The notes under the pieces are model-generated. The model did no database searches and was not told the DNA's origin. It saw nothing but the letters and a program-made list of their open reading frames with translations. Made by a program: the position numbers and the translations under genes. Below are positions 1 through 8,719 of a stretch of 64,000 nucleotides of DNA, in pieces. The stretch spans positions 2,529 to 66,528 of the forward strand of contig CAYOQI010000006.1 in the NCBI GenBank assembly GCA_964406075.1, in the 5' to 3' direction. The stretch's first letter is position 1. Every line of letters starts with the position of its first letter. Origin of the DNA: an uncultured Pseudomonadales bacterium (GTDB lineage: Bacteria > Patescibacteriota > Microgenomatia > UBA1400 > PJMF01).

Positions 1-339
1 ATCACCAAAATAGAAATGATATGTTGAAATTCCACCTAAGTTATCAGATCCTTGTGCTTCAAATTTTACCGTTGCAGGAACCTTAGCGTTATTCCCTTCT
101 GTAATTTTTAAAAAAGTACATTGACTCACATGATTTGAAGTTGGGATTGGTGAAGGACTACGAGTGGGTGTCGGACTTGGAGATCTAGTTGGTGTTGCAC
201 TTGGACTTGCCGTAAAAGATGGTGTGCTGGTAGTACCGGCTGGGGTCGGTGCTGTCGAAGGAGGAGTATCTGCAAATACCTGGCTGGTAAACGCAAAAAG
301 GAAGATAAAGGTGAAGAGAAAATGAATAGTGCTTTTCAT
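1..339 (-). CDS. Secreted protein, N-terminal part only (C-terminus runs off the left edge); signal peptide, Pro/Thr/Ser linker, then a PKD-like domain start
   Basis: ATG at 339 on the reverse strand. Hand translation: MKSTIHFLFTFIFLFAFTSQVFADTPPSTAPTPAGTTSTPSFTASPSATPTRSPSPTPTRSPSPIPTSNHVSQCTFLKITEGNNAKVPATVKFEAQGSDNLGGISTYHFYFGD. The frame stays open to base 1. Hydrophobic signal-like N-terminus; 'YHFYFGD' resembles the PKD 'WDFGDG' motif. Confidence 0.55.
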   Translation of the reverse strand, partial: MKSTIHFLFTFIFLFAFTSQVFADTPPSTAPTPAGTTSTPSFTASPSATPTRSPSPTPTRSPSPIPTSNHVSQCTFLKITEGNNAKVPATVKFEAQGSDNLGGISTYHFYFGD

Positions 340-397
340 AGACCGAAATTATACCATAACACCATTAGGTATTTGCTTCCTAATCAATCTTTTTTAC

Positions 398-1114
398 TTA
401 CCACACGTAGACCCAAGCTGTTTCTTGACAAGCTGAACCGGTATATCCTCGAGTAGTGACTTTTATGCTGTACCATCCAGTACCAGTAGGTGTCACCTTT
501 CCGGCATTACTAAAATCCTTCGCCATTCCTTGTCCATTTACTCGAATACGAGTATCAGAAGCGAATTGTCCTGTCTCATTATGGAAAGATCCAACATTGA
601 AACTGCTTCCTTTCCAAATACCAATTACTTTCTCCCAATCACGAGTAATATCGGCTTGGACTCGAGCTTGGGTATTTTTATATGGACAAAGAGTTGGAAT
701 CGGAGTCGGTGGTGTGACTGGCGGAGTAGGACTGACTTTAGCTCTGACATGTACCTTGGCTTGTTCACTGCATCCGCCTCCAAATTGATTACGGGTGTTT
801 ACATACAATGTATATTGACCAGTTTGAGGAACAGAGATTGCCTGACCATTTTGATGAAACTCAATGTGACCAGGCCCTACTACTTGAAGTACCGTATCAT
901 TGGCAAACTGCCCTGTTCCATCATGGAAGGATCCAATATTGAAGGTTTCCCCTTGTTGAATAGTTATCTCAGGCTTCCAAGGATCACGAACATCTTTCTG
1001 AACTCGAGCCTGAGTACTTCCATATTGGCAATTTATTACTTGAGCAGAAGCAGGCAAAGGGGAAAAGAAGAAGGCAAAAAGAATAAATGTTAAAAAAGAC
1101 AACGCATATTTCAT
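398..1114 (-). CDS. Secreted protein made of two tandem homologous domains joined by a Pro/Thr linker
   Basis: Signal peptide MKYALSFLTFILFAFFFSPLPASA. The two halves align: 'TQARVQKDVRDPW...FNIGSFHDGTGQFANDT' versus 'TQARVQADITRDW...FNVGSFHNETGQFASDT'. They are separated by 'SPTPPVTPPTPIPT'. Each half has a Cys near each end. Confidence 0.6.
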   Translation of the reverse strand: MKYALSFLTFILFAFFFSPLPASAQVINCQYGSTQARVQKDVRDPWKPEITIQQGETFNIGSFHDGTGQFANDTVLQVVGPGHIEFHQNGQAISVPQTGQYTLYVNTRNQFGGGCSEQAKVHVRAKVSPTPPVTPPTPIPTLCPYKNTQARVQADITRDWEKVIGIWKGSSFNVGSFHNETGQFASDTRIRVNGQGMAKDFSNAGKVTPTGTGWYSIKVTTRGYTGSACQETAWVYVW

Positions 1115-1146
1115 GATGACCTCTCTTTTTTATTTTTAAAGATTTT

Positions 1147-2316
1147 CTAACTACTCACTACAGATATTACACCACCACCAAGACATACCATATCTTCAGT
1201 GGATGTTTTTTCTTTTAAGAATTGTGAAAGAGGTGCGTAAAAGACAGCACTCTGCCCTTCGGCTATTCCCTGGATAGGCTCATCGAGCTGGCAAACAATC
1301 TTTCCTTTTTGCTTTTTAATTTTTGCTCTAATTAGCTTCCCACCATGTCTGATACGAACAAGACAGTTGATTAGTTCATCGGTTGATTGGTTCATTGGTT
1401 CTTGGAGTTTGGAATTTAAAACTTGGAATTTATTATTAATCAAATGCACATCCTCTACTACAAACTCTTTTTTATACGTCTCACTACCAAATCCTACGAT
1501 TAACTGATTTTTTGCGGGGATTTTTCCAACTACGTAGTATGGAGGCATTGCATGTTTTTCTTCGCCTTGCTGACTTTTCCATTTACCGAAGATCTCAAAT
1601 CCATGTCGTTGCCCTATTGTGTAGAACCATAAGCCTTTGTGCTCACCCATTACCTCACCCGACGAGTTTACAACTTGCCCTGGTTTTTCACCTAATCTTT
1701 CTTTCAAAAAGTTGTGTACATTTATCTCTCCAATAAAACAAATACCTTGACTGTCAGGTTTATTTGCAACCGGAAGATTCCTTGCAACGGCTTCTTTTCG
1801 AACCTGGTCTTTGGTCAAATGACCAATCGGAAACAAAATATGACTCAGTTGCGTTTCCTGCAATCGATACAAGAAATAGGTTTGATCTTTTTTTGCATCA
1901 TTACTTGAAGTTAAAAAGAATGCTTCCTCCTGATTTTTGACTCGGGCATAGTGTCCCGTTGCAATGTAGTCAAAATTATTACTCATCGCCCAGTCATAAA
2001 ATAATCCAAACTTGATCTCCTTATTACACAGTACATCTGGATTCGGTGTTCTTCCCGCTTCATATTCCATGAAGAAATTTTCGACAACTTTTTGTCGATA
2101 TGCTTCTTTAAAATCTAAGACTTTGAAAGGAATATTAAGTTGTAAGGCAACCTTTAACGCATCCTGACGATCCTCTTCTGTCCGACAACCTGGGGCTCGC
2201 CAACATTCTAAGTAGACTCCGGTAACTTCATAGCCCTGCTCAATCAACAAAGAAGCAGAGAGTGACGAATCAACTCCACCGGACATGCCAAGAGCTACTT
2301 TTTGTTTCTTTTCCAT
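1147..2316 (-). CDS. mnmA: tRNA-specific 2-thiouridylase MnmA
   Basis: PP-loop 'VALGMSGGVDSS' at the N-terminus, plus 'ATGHYAR' and 'DQTYFL' MnmA-like blocks. The ATG at 2316 is preferred to the TTG at 2346 because a TGTATAAT -10 element lies inside the longer ORF. Confidence 0.9.
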   Translation of the reverse strand: MEKKQKVALGMSGGVDSSLSASLLIEQGYEVTGVYLECWRAPGCRTEEDRQDALKVALQLNIPFKVLDFKEAYRQKVVENFFMEYEAGRTPNPDVLCNKEIKFGLFYDWAMSNNFDYIATGHYARVKNQEEAFFLTSSNDAKKDQTYFLYRLQETQLSHILFPIGHLTKDQVRKEAVARNLPVANKPDSQGICFIGEINVHNFLKERLGEKPGQVVNSSGEVMGEHKGLWFYTIGQRHGFEIFGKWKSQQGEEKHAMPPYYVVGKIPAKNQLIVGFGSETYKKEFVVEDVHLINNKFQVLNSKLQEPMNQSTDELINCLVRIRHGGKLIRAKIKKQKGKIVCQLDEPIQGIAEGQSAVFYAPLSQFLKEKTSTEDMVCLGGGVISVVSS

Positions 2317-2322
2317 TGCGGG

Positions 2323-2330
2323 ATTATACA
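2323..2330 (-). promoter_or_regulatory. Extended -10 promoter element (TGTATAAT) 6 nt upstream of the mnmA ATG; implies a leaderless or near-leaderless mRNA
   Basis: The reverse strand reads TGTATAAT-CCCGCA-ATG. Confidence 0.45.
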
Positions 2331-2372
2331 ATATCAGAGGAAACAATAGTATTTTTTAAAAATTAAACGAAG

Positions 2373-2378
2373 TATAAT
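2373..2378 (+). promoter_or_regulatory. -10 element (TATAAT) 8 nt upstream of the ATG at 2387; near-leaderless transcript for the two plus-strand ATP-grasp genes
   Basis: Sequence 'aagTATAATtctcggatATG'. Confidence 0.4.
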
Positions 2379-2386
2379 TCTCGGAT

Positions 2387-3628
2387 ATGTCTGTGAAACC
2401 TCGCGTCGGTTTTGTCGGTAAACCATTTATGGAGTTCATTGAGTGGCTTCACAGCCATGATTATGAAACGTATCTTTTTCATGATAAGAACGAAACCTAT
2501 CCCACTTCCAAACATATTACCAAAACGTATGCTGTAGATTTCTCTTCAAAAATTGCTTTAGAGACTGATCTGGCGAAAGTAGCCGAAAAACCAGATTTCT
2601 TTGTTAATACATACGAAAATGCAGTGGTTCCAAAAGCTCGAATTGCTGCATACTTTCAGAGACCCAGTCTTTCAGAAAATTCTGCACTTTGGGCCACAGA
2701 CAAATTTTTAATGCGGTCAAAATTTCAAGAAAATTGCCCTCAGTACACACCTCGATTTACTCTAGCAACCAGCTGGGATGATATACAGGCTTTTCTTGAT
2801 TTACCAGAAATTAACTTTCCACTGATTTTAAAACCAGCCAACTTATTTAAGAGTTTGCTCGTAACTAAAAATACCGACATTGAAGAGCTACAGAATAATT
2901 TCAACGAAGGATTGCAACTCATTCAGAAAATTTATAGACAAGAAAGCGTTACCTTTGAGCCAAGGTTTGTGCTCGAAGAATACTTGGATGGTCCATCATA
3001 CTCACTCGAAGTATTTGCAGACAAAAACGGTGATACTGTTTCTGCTCCGTCAGCTGTAGATCTCATCATGGGCAGGGATCTGGGTGAGAATGATAACTAC
3101 AATTATTCTCGAAAACTCCCCTCACAACTCTCTCAAAATCAACAGGATCATGTTCGCCAAGCAGCGATTGCCGGAGTAACAGCTTTAGGACTAACTTCTT
3201 CTCCCGCTCATGTGGAATTAATTTATACCTCAAAAGGTCCAAAGTTAATTGAGATCGGAGCAAGAACCGGTGGCTACCGTCAGCGTATGCATTTACTCGC
3301 GGAAGATGTTGACTTGTTTCAAGCGCAAGTTGATGTGGCTCAGGGCAATCCACCAACATTAACTCCAAAAAAAAACCATTGGTGTGCTACTTATGAGGTC
3401 TTCTGCCAGGAAGAGGGCTATTTAAAAGAAATCTCTCACATCGATAAGGCTTCCAAACTTCCAAGCATGTTTTATTTGCGAGTCAAAACAAAAGTGAATG
3501 AAAAGACAGGTCCTTCAAAAAAAGGGTATCGCGCTGCTGTGGTCGCAATCTTCGTAACTGATGACCAAGTCCAATTTAAAAAAGACACAACGTTCTTTGA
3601 AACACACATCCGCGTAGTGATAAAATAA
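2387..3628 (+). CDS. ATP-grasp ligase (L-amino-acid-ligase / carboxylate-amine ligase-like)
   Basis: ATP-grasp blocks 'FPLILKPANLFKS', 'LEEYLDGPSYSLEVFAD' and 'HVELIYTSKGPKLIEIGARTGG'. Confidence 0.7.
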   Translation: MSVKPRVGFVGKPFMEFIEWLHSHDYETYLFHDKNETYPTSKHITKTYAVDFSSKIALETDLAKVAEKPDFFVNTYENAVVPKARIAAYFQRPSLSENSALWATDKFLMRSKFQENCPQYTPRFTLATSWDDIQAFLDLPEINFPLILKPANLFKSLLVTKNTDIEELQNNFNEGLQLIQKIYRQESVTFEPRFVLEEYLDGPSYSLEVFADKNGDTVSAPSAVDLIMGRDLGENDNYNYSRKLPSQLSQNQQDHVRQAAIAGVTALGLTSSPAHVELIYTSKGPKLIEIGARTGGYRQRMHLLAEDVDLFQAQVDVAQGNPPTLTPKKNHWCATYEVFCQEEGYLKEISHIDKASKLPSMFYLRVKTKVNEKTGPSKKGYRAAVVAIFVTDDQVQFKKDTTFFETHIRVVIK

Positions 3629-3633
3629 CCAGC

Positions 3634-4545
3634 ATGAAGAAAACCATCGGACTGTTTACCAATCATCAAAACATCAATGAATATTTCGCGAAAAAGCCTG
3701 AGTATCACCAGGCCTACGGTGAGTTGTCAGAGGAAATTTCACGACAAGGTGGAGTGATGTATTTGGTTGGACCTCAGAATAACTATATGGGAAATGGGGA
3801 TTTTTCTGACAGCAAGCAATTCGTGAATCAAAAGGTGGAAGACAGCGGAGCAGTAAAAATAGATGTGCTCTTTGATAAGAGCAGTTTTCAATCAGATCAA
3901 ACTATTCCTGTATTTAATACTGCCTTCATAAATGAAATTTGTACTGATAAATGGATGACGTATCAGACATTCCCACAATTCTGTCCAGATACTTTTAAAA
4001 TTTCTTCTTTAGAAGAGTGGCGAACTGCTTTACCTCAGATTGAAACCGATATTATTGTCATAAAACCTATTGATGGCGGTGAAGGTAAAGGAGTCATAGT
4101 TTCCTCTAAAAGTGATGTGTCTGAAACCTCCCTTCAATTCCCTCTTCTCCTCCAAGAGTTTTTAGACTCTTCTCAAGGTGTTCCTGGTATCGTCGACGGC
4201 ATTCATGATTTTCGAATCGCGATTGTGAATGGTGAGATTATCTATTGTTACTTTCGCACACCACCCTCGGGAAGCTACATCGCAAATGTTTCCCAAGGAG
4301 GAAGATTTGAAGTAGTTCCTGTTCAAAAAATTCCTGAAGATGCATTGGACGTTGTTGCTTCGATCGAGAAATTCATGAGTCAAAGTCCGAATAGGTTTTA
4401 CGGTGTAGATCTAGCATTTACCCCAAAGGGTGTAAAAATCATTGAGATGAATTCGATGTTGGGATTACTTCCCAATAAGGATGGTGAAGAATTTAAAAAA
4501 CTGAAACAACGGCTTGCCTCAATACTTCTTTCACTTTCTAAATAA
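3634..4545 (+). CDS. ATP-grasp ligase, RimK/GshB-like
   Basis: 'IIVIKPIDGGEGKGVIV', 'DFRIAIVNGEIIY', 'NVSQGGRFEVV', 'YGVDLAFTPKGVKIIEMNSMLG'. It starts 6 nt after the preceding ATP-grasp gene. Confidence 0.7.
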   Translation: MKKTIGLFTNHQNINEYFAKKPEYHQAYGELSEEISRQGGVMYLVGPQNNYMGNGDFSDSKQFVNQKVEDSGAVKIDVLFDKSSFQSDQTIPVFNTAFINEICTDKWMTYQTFPQFCPDTFKISSLEEWRTALPQIETDIIVIKPIDGGEGKGVIVSSKSDVSETSLQFPLLLQEFLDSSQGVPGIVDGIHDFRIAIVNGEIIYCYFRTPPSGSYIANVSQGGRFEVVPVQKIPEDALDVVASIEKFMSQSPNRFYGVDLAFTPKGVKIIEMNSMLGLLPNKDGEEFKKLKQRLASILLSLSK

Positions 4546-5442
4546 CTACTTCTGTTTACTAGTTAAGAAAAATCCTTTTGATGTTTCTACAAATTCTTCA
4601 AACGAGCGTCTTCGAATGATTTCAACTTCATTGGTCGAATACTTTTTACTAACATCTTTCTCAGTGCTATCTGTCACCACAATATAGGAAATTTGATCAT
4701 CGATTGTTGTAACAAAAACTAAATCTGATAAAGCGATCTTCGGATTCAGCAAAAAGGTCGTTTTCCAATATCCAGAAGGAAATGCTGAAAAACCATAGCG
4801 TGCTTTGAACTCAAACACGCCTGCTTTGCTCAGAAGTCCAACTGGATTCTTGGCCTTACCATGACTAATATCAGAGAGGCCTTTTTCCAACGAATAGGAG
4901 ATCAACATTTGTTCCAAAACTCCCCCTACTCCACCCCTACGATCTGGGAACTTTTTCTTCGCTCCAAATGAAACGACCGCTTGTTGATCCTTAATTGAGA
5001 AAACTATCCCCGATTCTAAAACTTTCTCTTTAAACATCCCAATGAGAAACACCGGCTTGTTTATCAATATTTTTCCAAGAATCTGCTCTTTCAGCGAAAA
5101 AATTTGTGGTCTTTCCTGCATCAGCGTCGTTCGTTGGTACAGTTCAAAAAATTCTTCAAACAACTTTCCGGTCATTGGAACAATCTCAAAATAGTATCCT
5201 TGACTCTCAAACCATTCTTTATTTTCTTTCAAAGCTTTAACTTCTTTTTTTGACCGAATCATTTCAGAAATATTTTGAATTCCCGATAAATTTCCACCCC
5301 ATATCATTTCTTGTGAATGGTAAATTCCACCGTCAACCTTTTCGCGAATTTCCACGATGTCTGCTTGGACCACCTCATCTTTGTCTACTTGTTTGAGAGA
5401 ATCAAACTTCGCAACTGTGAAATCAAATTGATGTGAAAGCAT
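4546..5442 (-). CDS. GNAT-fold acyl/aminoacyl-transferase-like protein (FemAB/CelD-like candidate)
   Basis: 'RRGGVGGVLEQMLISYSLEKG' fits the GNAT R-x-x-G-x-G/A cofactor loop. 'FEFKARYGF' resembles the C-terminal block of FemAB/CelD-like GNATs. Its stop abuts the stop of the convergent ATP-grasp gene (4545/4546). Confidence 0.45.
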   Translation of the reverse strand: MLSHQFDFTVAKFDSLKQVDKDEVVQADIVEIREKVDGGIYHSQEMIWGGNLSGIQNISEMIRSKKEVKALKENKEWFESQGYYFEIVPMTGKLFEEFFELYQRTTLMQERPQIFSLKEQILGKILINKPVFLIGMFKEKVLESGIVFSIKDQQAVVSFGAKKKFPDRRGGVGGVLEQMLISYSLEKGLSDISHGKAKNPVGLLSKAGVFEFKARYGFSAFPSGYWKTTFLLNPKIALSDLVFVTTIDDQISYIVVTDSTEKDVSKKYSTNEVEIIRRRSFEEFVETSKGFFLTSKQK

Positions 5443-5451
5443 ACTCAGAAA

Positions 5452-6438
5452 TTAACCTAAACTATTTGTCTTTTTTATTAACTCAACCTGTTCCACATAC
5501 CACTCTTTTCTCGCTTTATCTCTTAAAAACCACGGGAGTACTCGATCTGTCATGACTCCGATTGACTCAGCCTCTTCCAAATTGGAAATATCAATCTTCC
5601 CAATGTAAAGACGTTCAGTGGCATAGTCATGACTTTCCAACCATTTCAACAGTTTGATGACTGCTCGTAAATAGACTTGGTCTTTGGTAAAGGCGCCTTT
5701 CTCTGAGGTATCTTTCATTCCTCGTTTGACTCTCAAACAGATTCTCCATCTTCGCTCTTTATCATCAATTAATTTTTCTAAGCGTTTGAATAACTGCGTG
5801 AATGACATTTGGCTAGCCCAATATACAGCCGCATAATGCACCGCTGTTAACCAAATGAGCTTATGTTCAGAAGTGAGATGCTGATGCAAAATGGCCAATC
5901 CTTCTTCAGTCTCTAAGTAATTATCAAAGTGGACATCTTTTTTCTTTTCTAGCCAGGGTTGGCGTAATTCATTCACTCTACGGAAATAATGTGTGCCAAT
6001 TTCATGATCAAGAACTCCAGGAAACGTCAAACGTCGATACTCTAACGGTAATCTGATATTGAGTGTTTCTTTATAGACAGAAGTTCGCGATACATAGTTC
6101 GTGCCAAATTGAACAGTTAATTTCTTTACATCCGGTGAGTTTGTGAAGTAATCATTGATCTGCTGGACCACTTCAGTTTTTGTCAAAATCTCACCTTCAT
6201 GTTGGATAAAACTTGATTCATTTGGCCATTTTTTTAAAACAGTCTGTATTATTTTTTCAGCAATATCCATGTATCTGTCTTCAACTTCACCATGTTTCTC
6301 CAAATCATGCTCTCCGATTTCATTGTCATACGTAAATTGTGGATTGTATTCTTGATCAAAAAAAAACTTTTGCTTTTCAGATGGAGTATTATTTGGTTGA
6401 ACTCTCCGCACCAGCGGGATAAATATTTTTTTACTCAT
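5452..6438 (-). CDS. QEGLA-motif / DUF1704-family metallopeptidase (prokaryotic MATCAP-like carboxypeptidase family)
   Basis: HExxxH 'LDHEIGTHYFR', followed about 30 aa later by 'ETEEGLAILHQ' (a variant of the family's QEGLA motif). ATGA start/stop overlap with the upstream ATP-grasp gene. Confidence 0.75.
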   Translation of the reverse strand: MSKKIFIPLVRRVQPNNTPSEKQKFFFDQEYNPQFTYDNEIGEHDLEKHGEVEDRYMDIAEKIIQTVLKKWPNESSFIQHEGEILTKTEVVQQINDYFTNSPDVKKLTVQFGTNYVSRTSVYKETLNIRLPLEYRRLTFPGVLDHEIGTHYFRRVNELRQPWLEKKKDVHFDNYLETEEGLAILHQHLTSEHKLIWLTAVHYAAVYWASQMSFTQLFKRLEKLIDDKERRWRICLRVKRGMKDTSEKGAFTKDQVYLRAVIKLLKWLESHDYATERLYIGKIDISNLEEAESIGVMTDRVLPWFLRDKARKEWYVEQVELIKKTNSLG

Positions 6439-7730
6439 GTTCGCTCCTCTCCGCCAACTAAGAATCCTTTCAGATCCTTCCGCCCCAGCTCAATATCCCA
6501 TTGCCGGCTACCTAAATGTTTTGATACACCCATGGTCGTCGTAAATACTTTGTCTCGGATTTTGTATTTGACTTCCACAAATGGCAATTTCCCTTCCTCA
6601 CCTACTGCCTGCTTCCACAAGGTATCTTCTGGTTCAAAAAGACCCAGCTCTTTAGCGACTTCAAGATTAATCACACTTCGAGTTCGACCAGTATTCATTA
6701 GCCCATTGATCGAAACTTCATTTTCGTTATCACCATAGACAGTCACAGGTTCAATCGGAGATAAGATCATCAGATCGAGATCGCTAAATGTTTGAGAGGG
6801 ATAATTTTCTGCAAAAAGTGCTTGAGCTATCTTGACCGCGTGATTTACATTTCGAGCTTCAACGTCGCGTAAACGCTCTAATCTTCGTCGAAGTCCAGCT
6901 CGATTGGCAAGTTGGATTGAAAGACCAGGAAAACCATTTACTTCAGCCACAACTGGGCCACGCTCAGGATCAACAAAAATATCAACGCCTAAGTATTTGT
7001 ATCCCGTTGCATTGGCAACTCGAACAGCAGTTTTTAACACTTGTTTCCAATACGGAATTTCAATTCCACCCACCGGGACATTATCACGGGGGAAAAACTT
7101 AATGGTTTTCTTCTTTCCTGATACTCCATAGGTTGATCGTCCTGTTCCAAAATCAATCCCGACCGCAATTGCTCCTAAATCTAAATTTGCTCGTCCTTCA
7201 GATTCTTCGGTCGGTAATCGAGCCATGGCCATCACAGGAATATTGTTCAAAAGAATGACACGAATATCAGGTGTTCCAACTTCTACATACGGTTCTAAAT
7301 CTGGATGAATACCAATTCTCTCTTCAATCAGAGCTTTGTGTTGCGTTCCCCAAGTGGTGTACTGCCCTTCCAAGATATCAGCTACGTGTAAACTCAAATC
7401 TTGAGCGGAATACTCGTTTCCTTCAATATCAGCCCAGACAGATTGATTTTTAAGTTTTCTTTTAATGACCAAAATACCTTTTCCCGCACTCCCACTCGCT
7501 GGCTTCACGGCGAACGCACTTTTGATGCTACTCCAGTCAAACGCGCGCAATTCTTCACGAGAAGAAATTACCGCATATAGTTCGGGAACGGGAATGTTGT
7601 GTTTCTTTAAGAAAGTTTTGGTTCTCAGTTTGGAAAAGCCCAGTTGTTTGGCAGTCGAATCATTCTGCGCAGTGTACTGTTGAATTCGAGCATTCATTCC
7701 AAGAATGTGTGAAGGTTGAACAATACTCAT
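6435..7730 (-). CDS. Alpha-L-glutamate-ligase-like ATP-grasp protein with a C-terminal RimB/retropepsin-like domain
   Basis: The N-terminus 'ILGMNARIQQYTAQNDSTAKQLGFSKLRTKTFLKKHNIPVPELY' is typical of the RimK-related 'alpha-L-glutamate ligase-like' family. ATP-grasp core 'FAVKPASGSAGKGILVI' and 'YLGVDIFVDPERGPVVAEVNGFPG'. The last ~110 aa, 'INGLMNTGRTRSVINL...ELGRKDLKGFLV', resemble the retropepsin-like domain but carry NTG where DTG/DSG is expected. Confidence 0.75.
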   Translation of the reverse strand: MSIVQPSHILGMNARIQQYTAQNDSTAKQLGFSKLRTKTFLKKHNIPVPELYAVISSREELRAFDWSSIKSAFAVKPASGSAGKGILVIKRKLKNQSVWADIEGNEYSAQDLSLHVADILEGQYTTWGTQHKALIEERIGIHPDLEPYVEVGTPDIRVILLNNIPVMAMARLPTEESEGRANLDLGAIAVGIDFGTGRSTYGVSGKKKTIKFFPRDNVPVGGIEIPYWKQVLKTAVRVANATGYKYLGVDIFVDPERGPVVAEVNGFPGLSIQLANRAGLRRRLERLRDVEARNVNHAVKIAQALFAENYPSQTFSDLDLMILSPIEPVTVYGDNENEVSINGLMNTGRTRSVINLEVAKELGLFEPEDTLWKQAVGEEGKLPFVEVKYKIRDKVFTTTMGVSKHLGSRQWDIELGRKDLKGFLVGGEERT

Positions 7731-8719
7731 TACTCCTCCTCTTCATCCTTAAGAATAGGTCTGAAACGCAAATACTCAGTTACACGTAGTCCAGTGTACC
7801 GACCAATAGCAATATCAAAAGCCGCTACTGAAATGATCGTAAACTCAGGATGAAGAATCACAAATTCTTGAACGACATCCATACCCATAAATAAGGCTGA
7901 CCCCACCGCTAAGAAAACTGTTTCCAAAGTCAGCTCAATCAATCGATATTGATTGACATTTTGTTGAGCCCCGACGAAATTTTCAGAAAGTAGGACTAAG
8001 ACTAAAATTGGGAAAATCCCGACTACGACTAAATTAATGTAGCCAACTAAATACGGAGATAGTAATAGAAGTCCAAACACACATAACGATACAAACCATA
8101 AGATCAAGGCTGTTCTTGGTAAATACTGGAGTTTTAAGTATTGAAAAATAAATCGACCAACTGATGCTGTCATCATAATGATCAAGAACAAACTAATACC
8201 AGTCACGATTCCAGTAGATAGAAACACCACGGCCAATACAGCAGGAGTATAAATACCAAAGCCTTGTAAACCAATCACGTGCCGAGAGAATGCAATTAAT
8301 GACGCAATCACTGGAAACAACAACATCAGCACAATCATGTTTGCCGGAACACCTTCATTGACAGCATTGCGAACACCATGTTGAACAAAATTCACCGGAG
8401 AAAGGAAGCCAATAGGGTTCGCATCCAAGTATTGTGCCAAACGACTCTTCACCGCACCTCGAGTTTCAGTAATATCACTTTCGGCTCTTTGATCAATCCG
8501 TTCTTGAATCGTGGCAGACTCTGTAGCAACCGCAGAATCAGTTGCGACAAGTGCTGCATCACTGGCAGAGGATGTCGCCTCTAGAGCAGAGAAACTACTT
8601 TCCCCGTTTTCTTCTGGAATAGCAAAAGTTTGAGCAACGACGGTATTACTTGCAACAAAGAAGATAATTAAAGAGAGAGAAAAAGTGAGAAAAAGAAATT
8701 TAGACATGAGGATCTCCAC
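7730..8719 (-). CDS. Signal-peptide-bearing 7TM membrane protein (the 7TM module usually fused to an inactive transglutaminase in RimK-like/QEGLA neighbourhoods)
   Basis: N-terminal signal (start probably MSKFLF at 8707), an ~110 aa Ala/Ser/Glu-rich exodomain, then about seven hydrophobic helices. TAATG overlap with the downstream ATP-grasp gene. Confidence 0.6.
   Translation of the reverse strand: MEILMSKFLFLTFSLSLIIFFVASNTVVAQTFAIPEENGESSFSALEATSSASDAALVATDSAVATESATIQERIDQRAESDITETRGAVKSRLAQYLDANPIGFLSPVNFVQHGVRNAVNEGVPANMIVLMLLFPVIASLIAFSRHVIGLQGFGIYTPAVLAVVFLSTGIVTGISLFLIIMMTASVGRFIFQYLKLQYLPRTALILWFVSLCVFGLLLLSPYLVGYINLVVVGIFPILVLVLLSENFVGAQQNVNQYRLIELTLETVFLAVGSALFMGMDVVQEFVILHPEFTIISVAAFDIAIGRYTGLRVTEYLRFRPILKDEEEE

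Noticed and set aside
456-1093. ORFs 456-788 and 530-1093 (+) overlapping the secreted-protein gene
   Set aside because: They are antisense shadows of the longer 398-1114 ORF, with low-complexity or odd composition and no start context. The same reasoning applies to 1512-1908, 2740-2922, 3066-3708, 6155-6738, 6904-7683, 8378-8584 and similar entries.
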